The translations under genes were made by a program, and so were the position numbers. Below, in pieces: positions 46,601-58,600 of a DNA stretch of 64,000 nucleotides. Within the stretch, counting starts at the first letter, position 1. Each line of letters opens with the position of its first letter. The notes below the pieces were generated by a model. It made no database searches, was not told the origin of the DNA, and saw only the letters and a list, made by a program, of their open reading frames with translations. The stretch is taken from assembly GCF_964194155.1 (NCBI RefSeq), contig NC_135893.1, forward strand, positions 24,180,001 to 24,244,000, in the 5' to 3' direction. Source of the stretch: Cetorhinus maximus (lineage: Eukaryota).

Positions 46601-49600
46601 AGAACCACTTTGTGTAATTTTGCCATGCTACCTTGTACAATAGAAGGATCGGATTGAACTGGTTCTGTACATATTATATCAGTCTCTAGTGCAGGTGTGA
46701 ATTGTCACTCCCGGAACACTTACACATAGCACATTAGTTCCTAGCTAAGTAGTTCCTAGCTATTTACAGATATTTACAAATAATACTATAACATCCCTGT
46801 TTCTTTAAAACAGAATGCCCTAACAATGTAGCTGTTCCAGTCATTAACTTTTATAAACTAAAGAAGATTATCAATCAACTTTTGGAAACAAACTGAACCC
46901 CTTCTTAGAAACTTTTATAGCATGTATTGTTTTATAAAATATTAATCACGGTATTGCTTAAGTGGTACTTAAGTAGCTATCCTCTTTCTGCTGTGTGTTT
47001 CTGTACTTCACAGAATCTTCACAGTGCAGGAGGCCATTCAGATCATCAAGTCTGCACTGGCTTGCTGAAAGAGCAATCTTCCTAATCCCACTCCACTCCC
47101 TTATCCCTATAACCTTGCACATTCTTCCTTTTCAGATAGCAATCCAATTCTCTTGTGAATACCTCAATCGAACCTGCCTCCACTACCCTTTCAGGAAGTT
47201 CATTCCAAACTCCAACCACCCTCTGGTGAAAATTTTTTCCTCACGTCACTTCTACTCCTTTTGCCCATTATCTTGAATCTGTGCCCTCTAGTTCTTGATG
47301 TACTCCTGAGAGGGAACAGTTTCTCACTATTTACCCTGTCCATACTCCTCAGGGTCTTGAATACTTCTAGCAAGTCTCCTCTCAGCCTTCTTTTCTCCAA
47401 GGAAGACAGACCCAACCTCTCCAATCTATTCTCATAGCTACAGTTGTTCATCCCTGGAATCATTCTTGTGAATCTCCTCTGTACTCTCCCCAATGCCTTC
47501 ACATCCTTCCTCAAGCATGGCGCCCAGAACTGGATGCAGAACTCCAGATGAGGCCTAACCAGTCAGTGTTTTATACAAGTTTAACATGACCTCCTTACTC
47601 TTGTACTCAATGCCCCTATTAATAAAGCCTAAGATACTATATGCTTTATTAACTGCTCTCTCAACATGCCCTGCCATCTTCAATGACTTATGTATATCTA
47701 CACCGAGGTGCCTTTGTTCCTGCAGTTTCTTTAGAGTTTCTCCCCTACTGTCTCTCCACATTCTTCCTGCCAAAATGAATCATCTCACACTTCTCTGCAT
47801 TGAACTTTATCTGCCATTTGTCTGCCCAATCCACCAATATGTCTGTCCTTTTGACATACTTCTGGCATATATTGCATGTACACACCATATTTTCAATGTC
47901 TTTATGTATTTTTTTCTTTCATGGGATGTGGGCGTCACTAGCAAGGCCAGCATTTGTTGCCCATCCCTAATTGCCTTTGAACTGAGTAACTTGCTAGGCC
48001 ATTTCAGAAGTTAAGAGGCAGCCACATTGCTATGGGCCTGGAGTCACATATAGGTCAGACCAGGTAAGGATGGCAAATTTGCTTCCCTAAAGGGCATTAC
48101 AACAATCGATCATGGTAACCATTACTGCGACTAGCTTTATATTCAATATTTACTAATTTAATTTAAATTCCACCAGCTGCCATAGTGGGATTTGAACCCA
48201 TGTCCCTAGAGCATTAACCTGGGCCTCTGGAGTACTAGTTCAGTGACATCACCATTATGCCACTGGCTCCTCTCTATATGCCCATCCAGTATACAGCTGA
48301 ACTGGCTTCGAGCTTCATGTATTTTCTGGAGAAGTTCTTCCTGCATTGTTTATTGTTTTGGGTATGAGTATTCTGAATCCAGTTAGCAGAACACCATCTT
48401 CCAATAAGATGTAATCTCTGATAGACCAATACTGCCGTATTACTGACTGTTTATGCTGTATCTTATCAGGCCATCGTTTGATCACTTGCTGAGAGAGCAT
48501 CTGTAACTCGTTGGCTTTGCTGGTCTCATTTCTAATTTGACTCCGTTTCAGTGTGTTACATTCACTAGGTGATGGATCTCTATACCTAGGTCTTCTATCT
48601 CCTGTTTTTCCTGTGGCGACAACCAAGATAGGGTATCTGCAAACACTATTTCTCTTCCTGGCTTGTATTTCAGAGTGAAATTGTAACTCTGAAGCCTCAA
48701 GAGTAACCTCTGTAGTCTTTCTGGTGCTTTTCATAGATTCTGCTTATAGATCTGCTCCAGTGGACGATGATCATCTCAATAATAAACTTTCTCCCATAGA
48801 GATATGTATTGAACTTCTCACATCCATACATGACTGCCAAAAGCTCTCTTTCCGTGTTGGCATACTTGGTCCTAGCTGAGGTTAGAGCTTCGGACATTAA
48901 TGTTATTGGCTTTCCCTCCCAGTCCTTTTGTAGAAGCATCCACTTGCAGAGTGACAATTTTCTTTCTGGCGTAATATGACAGACTTGTCTCCTGACATAT
49001 TACCTTTTTAAGTTTGTTAAAACTCCTGCTGTGTGACTTTGATCACTGGTACTCTATATCTTCTTTCATCAGCTCCCACAGGTTTGATGTATGCTCTGAC
49101 ATATCCGGTATGAAGGAGCTTATGTATTGGATCGAACCAAGGAAGCTCCTCATTTCTCTCTGATCTCTCTTATCGCTTCCATTGCAGAGATAGCCATGAT
49201 TCCTTCAGGGCTCGGCTTGATGCTGTCAGGTGTGTACACCATTCCGAAGAACTGGCATTCGGTCACCTCCGCAATGCATTTGTCTCTGTTTAACTTGGTC
49301 CCAGCTTTCCTGGTTCTCTCCATGGCTTTGTGTAGATGGTAGTCACGATCTTTTTCATCTACCCCGTATATCCGGATAACATCTGCTATACCGATTGCTC
49401 CTTTGTATCCCATGTATGTCTCGTCTACTTTCTGCTGGAACACATCCTGGCTCACTTTAAGGCCCAAAGATAAGATGCAGGAATTTGGACTGTCCAAAGG
49501 ATGGGTTGAATGTTGTCAGCACTAAGATTCTGCTTCTAGTTTCACACTCCAGTAGCCATTTCTGGCATTGAGTTTGCTGAAAACCTTTGCTCCTGCCAGT

Positions 49601-52600
49601 GCTAGTGTGAACTCTTCCAATGTTGGAATGGGGTAGTGATCCCTCTTATAGGCTTGATTAAGATCTTTGGGATCCAGGCAAATTCTTAGCCGTCCATTTG
49701 GCTTCTCTCTCACCACGATGGAATTTACTTAATCTGTATGTAGGCTCTATGATTCTGGTGATCACCCTCCTCACTTCCATCTTTTGACACTCTCTTTCAA
49801 GCTTTCCTTTTAGTTCCATGGGTACTTTTACATGGGGGATGAATCACTGGTTTCATCACTAGGTCAATAGTAATGTGGTACTTCAAAGCATCCAACCGTC
49901 TCATCGAAACACTCTGGATATATTTGCACCAGACCTTCTTTGCAAATGATTGGAGGGCACTTTTCAACAGGTGTACTCTCTTCAACCCTCAATGTTGCCT
50001 CCTTTATCTTGTGGTTTACTGAGATAATCTGCAGCTCTCACAACTGCTCAACCCCAGGATAAGAGGACCATCTGCTTCAGTGATGTAGAACAGTTAACAT
50101 CTTTTCCTTTGTGTGTCCCTCTGATTTGGGTTGTTCCTAGCTGTTGAATCTCAGTTCCCCCATATGCTGTTAGCATGATGTTGCCCAGTTTCAGAACACT
50201 TCTTTGGATAACCATTTTCTTCCAAATTTCCAGGAACGATCTTCTGGTATAGTCTGAGCAGGATGATGTCACTCTGTGCTCCGATATCAATCTTCACCTT
50301 CAGATTTATTGTTGTAGGCTTTTCTCTCACCGTCTTCCTGATCTGAAGGGTTGTGTGAATTTATTTTCTCTGGGAACTGTCACATCCAGCCATTTCATGC
50401 AGTTGTGTGGTTCCTATGTCTATCATGTTCTCAGACTCTCCGTCATCTTCCAGGGAGTGGATATTTTTATTTCTGTTCCTGTCCATTCGCCCTGTTGCTC
50501 TGGTGCCTTGTCTACCAGTTTCTCCTTTTGTTCTGCACATCTTTGCCCAATGATTGACCTTTCCACAAGCGCTGCAGCTTGATCGACATGGAGGACATTT
50601 CCTTCTGCCTGTGAATTCATGTGGTCGTCCACAGCTCCTGCATGTCTTTCTCTCTTTTTTTGTGTACATTCTTTTGTTTCTGCTGCACTGCATCAATCCT
50701 GCTGCCTTTCTCTTGGTTTAACAGAAGGCTAGCTGTTTGGGTAGTCAGTGTCTTCATCTGCCTGCTCGTGGCTTCATGGGCTCTGGCAGTGTCTACAGCC
50801 TGCGCTATTGTGAGCTTAACCTTCCCAATTAGCGCTTTCTGTACTTCAGGGTGTATAGAACCCCAAATTAGTTGATCGATCAGCTTTACATCTGTGTCTT
50901 TAAATTTATGTTTTGTAGCTGCATCTTTTAATCGTGATAGAAAGTTATCAATAGGCTCACCTAATTCCTGTCGGTGGCCTTGAAATTCATTCCGGTAGAT
51001 CCAATGATTCAATTTTGGCTGGAGATGGGTGCTGAATTTTTCAATAATTTTGTCAGGGTTTTTGCTGTCCACTTCAGTAAGCTCTCGGCTGTTAAATAAA
51101 TTTGATCCGAGATCTCCTGCCCACAGAAGGATATAGGTGACCCTCTGTCCATTGCAAGTGCCTTTTAGGAATCTACTGAATATCACTTGAATAGGCTGGG
51201 GGTAATTCTCCTTGGAACAGAGGAGGCTAAGGGGAAATTTGAATGAGATGTACAAAATTATGAGGCCTCGATAAAATGGATGGGAAGAGCCTATTCACTT
51301 TAGAGGTCAGTGACTAAGGGGCATAGATTTAAAGTGACTGGTAGAAGGATTAGAGGGGAGAGGAGGAATTTTTTTTTTCATGCAGAGGGTTATAGAGGTC
51401 TGGAACTCACTGCCTGAAAGGGCAGTAGAGACAGAAACCCTCAACTCATTTAAAAGGTGTCTGGAAATGCACCTGAAGTGCTGTAATCTGCAGGGTTACA
51501 GACCAAATGCTGGAAAGTGGGATTAGGTTGCATGGCTCATTTTTCGGCCGGCGCAGACACTTTCTGTGCCGTAAACTTTCTACGGTCCTTTAATCTCCAC
51601 TTTTATTTAAACTTTGCAAATGCCTCTATAACATCATCAGCTTCCCAATTCATTGTAAGCTGTACCTATGCATTCATTACTGTGCCGGTCGACATTTCTC
51701 TTCATTCTCACACGATTCAGTAAGTTTTTCTTCTGGCACTAATGTGAGTCAATTTTCCAAGTCAGCACTAAATTGATTTAAAATGCTTTGGATTTACTTG
51801 CTGCCACTATGCTATATGTTCTTGTTATCTTTTGGTTCTCAGATGTTGTTAATGATCACACTTTAAACTTGGAAAGATCAGAAACTCTTTGTGTAATTTT
51901 GCTATGCTGCCTTGTACAGTACGAGGACTGGATTGAACTGGTTCTATACACATCTCATCAGCCTGTGGTGCAGCCGTGAAATGTGGCCCCCGGAACATTT
52001 ACACATTAGTTCCTATGTGTTCCTAGCTACTTCCAATATATAACAGTTGTATTAATCTATTATGTTCAATTAATAATTCAACTTTTTTGTGTACTGAATG
52101 TTGCTCAGGCCTTGGGCAGTTAGATGAAGCAGAAGAATACCTCTCTCAGGCTCAGTGGACAGTGATGAGGACCACAGAGTGCGTTAATGCCACCCAATAC
52201 AAATTGTACCGAAACTTGGGCCTCTTGTACACAGCCAAAGGCGACAATGAGAAAGCGCTCTGGTACTTTGCTGATGATGTAAGTAGCTGAGAGTTTTGTC
52301 AGAGAACAGCAGCGTTTTCAGCTAAGCTTTTGGATATGATGAATAGAATGGACTTCTGAATTTTGAAATATTGCATGCATATACACAACATATTAGATAG
52401 TTTTCTTTTAATTCCTCCACAACCTCCCACCCCCACCTCAGTTTCCTCCTTCCCTTATTTTAAAAGTGCTGATTCTATCAGGGATCTGGGAATAACACTC
52501 TGGCTCCTTGGCCAAGAAAATGGCAGCAGGTATTTGATGAGGGGGGCAGTAATCTCTGTCTGGTTGAGAGAATTATTGAAGCTGGTGACAATGTTGAGAC

Positions 52601-55600
52601 CAAACATCTCATTTTCTTCCTGTTAATATTTCTGTCCTATATTTAGGCACTTTTTTGTGCTGCAGGCTGCCTGTGCTGTGGCTCAGTGGTAGACACTTAT
52701 TCCTGAGTAAGAAGGTTTGCACATTCAGAAGTGTGGAGATAGACTATTTTATCTAGATATAATAGGGCTTAGTGCATAATGCTGCCATACACATCAAAAA
52801 ATCCACTCAGTCCTTTTGACTGACACAGGCTGGATGATTTTTCGGCCAAACGATCTCAATTTGCATCACTATTGCAAACCACTTTGCTTGTCCACTCCCA
52901 TTTCAGCCCAACAGTCAGATGCAAAATATCATTGAGGATATTTCTATTTTATTTGCATGTAATAAGATAAAATGCAGTGATGAATGGATCCTGCATTATG
53001 AAAGCTGTCTCATTTTCCATTTGAAAGAAACTAAGTTCAGAAATTTACTCTTGACAGATTTACCATGCTACTCAGGTGTTTAGTGCATCTGATGTTCACA
53101 CAGCTGGTGGGTACTTTCACATGGCTAATGTGTTTTACAGAATGAAAAAGATGGACATAGCAGATTCACTGTACTCGGAGGTAGGTATCAGTATCACACA
53201 CCCCAACGTGATCAACACCTTCAGGACTAAACAACTGTCAATTTTCTTACCTCTGTGTTAGGTTTTGATGGATACAAGAGCACAGTTCCTTGGGAACACT
53301 TGTCTCTTGCTGTTACTTTATCAAACTTGTCATTTTTCCCATGAAACCTGGTATTTGCAATTATTCAACCATAGAGAGTTGTCGCAGCCCCACCTGATAT
53401 TCACATACATTCAGGTGGTTTCTGACAGTGATCTGGAGGAACAACTCTGGATGACTTCCTATGCCCCTGAGCCAGGGGGCACCAATGCCAATTGTAGCAC
53501 TTGATACTATACCCAGGTGAAATGTGCTAACAAGACAGAGCTATACCAGCATCAGGTAGCACAGCAATCCCACTAAGTGGCTGGGGCCCATTAATTTAAT
53601 TCTTGGGCTACATTCATTATTTCAATTTTACTGCAAATAAATTCTCCATTTCAAGAAAAAATGAAGCCATTTCTGATGGAGAGGAAGGTACTCGTAGTCC
53701 GCTTCTTTTTTGAGGTTGCAGGGTAGAGATTTGTGGGAGCTTTATTTATTCTACACCTAACCTGGGAGTACTTGATGTAAATGGGCAGAAAAAGCCCCTG
53801 TATCTATATCTGACCATACTAAATGTGTTTGGTGATTAGATCTGAAATGGGAAAGCAGCTACCCAGAATATAATGAGCGTATAAATTGCCAGAGAAGAGT
53901 GTATTTGATGATAAAATTTATGATCCAATCATAAATTATGTAAAGGGTCCATTTGGATTCTACACAATGGCAGTGTAAGGGAATGAATTTGGCAACATTG
54001 GGATTCAGTGCAGAGGTACTTAATGAGCATAAGAAATAGGAGGTGGCCATTTGGCCCTTTCAGCCTGCTCCACCATTCAGTGAGATCATGGTTTATCTTC
54101 TACCTCAACTCCACCTTCCATGACTAAGCCCATTACCCTCAATTGCCTAGTACCCAAAAATTTATCAAGCTCTGCGCTGGATATACTCTATGATTGAGAT
54201 CCACAGCTCTCTAGTGGAGCGAGTTTCAAAGATACACAACCCTTTGAGGGAGTCCCAAATGTCTGACCTCTTATTCTGAGATTGTGATCCCCACATTCTG
54301 GATTCCACTGGCAGGGGAAGCATTTTCTCAGTGTCTACCCTGTCAAGCCCCTTAAGAATTTTGTATGTATATGTTTCGGTTAAATTACCTCTCCATCTCC
54401 TAAACTCCAGGGAATATAGGCCTAGTCTACTTAATCTCTCCTCATAGAACAGTTCCCCTCATCCCAGGATATAGCCTTTGTTGCACTCTCTCTTGGGCAT
54501 GTATGTCATTTCCATAAGTAGGGAGACCAAAACTGTACACACTACTCCAGGTTTGGCCTCACCAATGCCCTGTATAATTGTAGTAAGACTTCTTTACTCT
54601 TACACTTCAATCCCTTGCTAACAAAAGCTAGCATACCATTTGCCTTCCTAATTACTTGCATGTTAACTTTTTATGGTTAGTGTACAAGGACACTGGAGCC
54701 CCTCTGAATTCAAGCATTTCCCAGTCTGTCACCATTCACAAAAAATTGTTTTTATTTTTTCTAGCAAAGTGGAAAATTCATACTTTGCCTCGTTGTATTT
54801 CATCTGGCATGTTCTTGCCCAATTACCCAACCTGTCTCCATACCTCTACAGCCTCCTGTTCACCACTTACTTACCCATCTAACTTTGTAACATCAGCAAA
54901 TTTGGATACAACAGAAAATGCTGGAAATCCTCAGTAGATCTGTTTCTCACTCCACAGATGCTGCCAGAGTTGACAATTCAGGTTGATGACTTCTCACCTG
55001 ACGAGAGGTCATTGGCCCGAAACATTAACTCTGTTTCTCTCTCCACAGATGCTGCCAGACCTGATGAGCATTTCCAATTTTTGGATACGTTATACTCAGT
55101 CCCCTCATCTAAGTCTACTGCCCCACTGGTTATAGTCTGCTAACCTGAAAATGTCCCGTTTATTCCTAGTTCCTGTTTTCTGTTCATTAAACAATCCTCA
55201 ATCCATGCTAATATTACCTCAATCCTAAGAGTCCTAATTTTGTGTAATAAGTTGCCATGCAAAGGTTGTCAAATGGTTTTTGAAAATCCAAATACACTGC
55301 ACCCTTTGCTCATCCTACTAGTTACATCCTCAAAAAACTCTTAATGGATTTGTCAAACACAGCTTCCCTTCCATACATCTGTGTTGACTCTGCTTAATCA
55401 TATTATGATTTTGTGTCCTGTTACCATGTCCCTAATAATATTCTAGTGTTTTGCCTACTATTGAATTTAGACTAACTGGCCTATAGTTCCTTATTGAGAA
55501 GCGTTTTTTATTCTAACAGTGAGCTGTGTACACTAATTAGACTCGTAAATTTATTAATTAGCGAACAAAAGTATTTTAAATAATTCAAGGTAGTTAAATA

Positions 55601-58600
55601 TCCTGTTGCATTTAAACAGAATTATAATTCATATTTTCAATACAGGTAACTAATATCTGGAACACTTTCCTGGGTGAGCTGGTTGAGACAGAGATACTAA
55701 AAACACTGTGGAAAGCTGGCATCAGTTCACCAGAACCAGGCACCACTGTTTTGGAATTGGAGGATGTTTTCGGTCTGTGCTCTACAACATGGTTTAATTG
55801 TTTCTTTAAAGTACAGTATTTACACACACAACAGTGATTTTGGCAGGAAATAAAACCAGCCACATGCCAGATAGGGTTTACATCTCAGGGTTGGCTTTTT
55901 CAAATTTTCTCCATCTAAAAATCAGTGATTCAGAATAATTGCTGACTAGCCAGTCCAAGCGATGAACAGAATGACTGAATAATGTTTTGGTGTACCTAAC
56001 AAACTGTAATGACCAGTAAACTAGGTAGAATAGTCACCAGCCTACATGTAGGATTATAGCAGTAAGAGTTAAACTGGATTATATCATAGTTTAATATCGC
56101 TGTGTGTCCAGTATGAGAAGTATAGCATTGCCCAAGTGTAGAATGTTTATTGCTGGACAGGCGTACAGATATCTGGTGGAAGGGTTCAAAGAATAGAAAA
56201 AGGTTTCAAGTGTGTTTAGAAAACTCATATCCTTGTCTTTTTAGGATTCTGATGGCCAGTTTTGTCAAACATGCATGTGAAATATCCAGAGAATAATACA
56301 GATAATATTGCTAATGAGCATACACTGAGTCAAGGGAAGTAGCCTGCATAAACACTAACGTGCTAACATACTATCCTCACACACATGCATAACTATACAT
56401 TCATCGGACAATTAACATCATGCTTACCCTGCACAATAAACTGTGTGAAGGCACCACACATCCGTGTACCTCCTGAATTCTTAATTAGTTTTAATAAGAT
56501 TACTGTGAGCAAAGAATGGAGGCCTGATGAGTTTGTTGCTTGTATAATTGACACCACCAATAAGTAGCATGTGTGTGTTGGGTTTGTATTAGTGTATTGA
56601 TAAATAATTATGAATCGGATGCCTCCATCCCTTGGAACCACAAGTGGGTAAGTGAAGGAAAAATTTATGCCACTCCCAACAAAAGCAAACTACATTTGGT
56701 TCCAATTTTGTTCCCTCCACCTCTGGTCACCAATTCTTGCTGTGGTAGTTCCTCTGGGGTGGACAATCCTTTGCTACTTCACAAAAATGACCATTCTTCA
56801 CATATGAACCCAGATAATGAATTCAAAGATTACTTGACATTGTAGGCCATCACAGCCGTGCCTGATCCTTTCAGTATAAGGACAGCTAGAAAGCCAATCA
56901 GCTAGTTCTTTGCAAGAGCAATTCAGAACTAATTTCACTACTTCAAATGTTATCTATTGTTGGTTTCAACTTCTCTCGATGGCATGCATTCCATGCCAAA
57001 ACCATTCTGTATAAACTGTCAAGAAATCCCAACTCACCTGCTTCCTGACCAGGGGGTGTGTGGGAACTGCAACTCTCACTGTGTTTTGGGAATTTCACGC
57101 TTGTGGTTGGGAGCAGGTGGCGCATGTGCAATCCAGCGCTTTTGTGGTTCTTCGGGCTGTGGATAGGCCCAGTGCAAAAGTAAAATGCTGCAAAAACAGG
57201 GTCATAATCAAGAAGTGTCCCAGGCAAGGGACAGGGAGAGGTCCCAATTAAGAAGGAGTAGAGAAAGAGACTCCAAGCAGAAAAGGAGCTGCAGTTGGCT
57301 GTCCTTGAGTGGAGAGGGCTCTGGAGGAGCCCGGGCAATCAAAGGAGGCAGAAGCTTGGTGACTCTATGCCACAGGCCGTTGGGGTGAAGGTAACCCTTT
57401 GGAGCAGTAGTGTTCTGCTTGGCCTGACAAAAAGCTGAAGCTGTGTTTATGAATTGATGCTGGAATGCAGACTCGGGAATCCAGGGAAACAGAGTCTCAG
57501 AAGGAGAGATTGAAACCCTGCAAGGTGGGCCATCATTGAGGCCACCTGGAGAGAATTCCAAGGCTAGACCTTTGAAAATGAAGACTTGAATCCCTCATGA
57601 GAGATAGAGTGTTTCAGTGAGATTAGTTGATTCAGTGTTACAGATGTCAGGGTGGATTGAGAAATCTGTGGAATCTGTCTTGGTTGCATCTGCCATTTAT
57701 TGGGCAAGTGTGTGTTCAGCCAGTTTGCCTGTTAATTCACATACATTTACCTCATATTAACCCTGAATGTTAGAGTATAAAGTAGATATTATAAATTGTT
57801 TTATCTTTCTGACCTTGCATAGTAGTAAAGTTTATTTTTGTTTGTTCAATACTGGTGGAATCATGTGGCTTTCCTCTCTTAGCAAGTGCCTTGAATCTCA
57901 AACTTTGCTACTTTAAACAAAAAGTTAACTGGTCCCTGACAACATCACACCAAAAGATTTGAGTGTCTGATCCAAGATCATAACAAAAGGCACTTATTCT
58001 AACCTCTTCCCTAACTATTGTAAATTGATATTCGCTCATCACTCACAGACCAACCAGAGGAAATAATCTTTCCCTGTTAATTCCATCAAATCCCTTCATA
58101 ATTTAAGACTTTAAAAAAATCACTGCTTATGTGGAAATAGTTCCAATATGTTGTATGTCAGAACTCTAGTTTCTCATCCCTAATATACTAACAAATATGC
58201 ATTGCGCTCTTGTGCGGTTTTAGAGGCTCCATTTTAAACCCGTAGTACTGTAAATATGGCTTAACCATTGTCTTGTGCAATGTTTTAATTACCTCTTGTA
58301 CCCTATGTCCTTTTATAAAACCCAAAATGCTACTGAATTTTTTCATGTCTACCATTTCTCAGCCATTATCCACACAAACATGACTTTCCAGCAATAGTCA
58401 CCACATGAAAACCAGCAAAGTCATCTCATAACAACAAGGGAGGGAAATCTGGCTGATCTTCAGGGAGACTTACAACTAATTATAGAACTCTAACTGACCA
58501 AGAATCAAATCTGAAACTTTCTTGATACAAATTGCCTTTACTAAGTAAGCTGTCAGGAGGGCTGAATCTTACTTTAATGTCTCTTATTAATAGGATATTA

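Larger units (their letters stand above)
46545..52045 (-). mobile_element. Decayed full-length Ty3/Gypsy LTR retrotransposon (Mag-like) in ZMYND12 intron 3
   Basis: Direct LTRs 46545-46793 and 51810-52045 (TG...ATAACA); TSD gatgt/gttgt; PBS tagtggcagc (tRNA-Leu-like) at 51800-51809; PPT aaagaaacaggga at 46794-46806. Gag (50617-51180), double CCHC knuckle, protease KIDIGAQ, RT KPNGRLRICLDPKDLN and IADV, RNase H YANTERELLAV. Confidence 0.92.

Noticed and set aside
50617-51255. 212-aa ORF as a domesticated gag gene
   Set aside because: Its N-terminus derives from a nested CR1 fragment and the neighbouring gag-pol frames are frameshifted; it is a decayed provirus.
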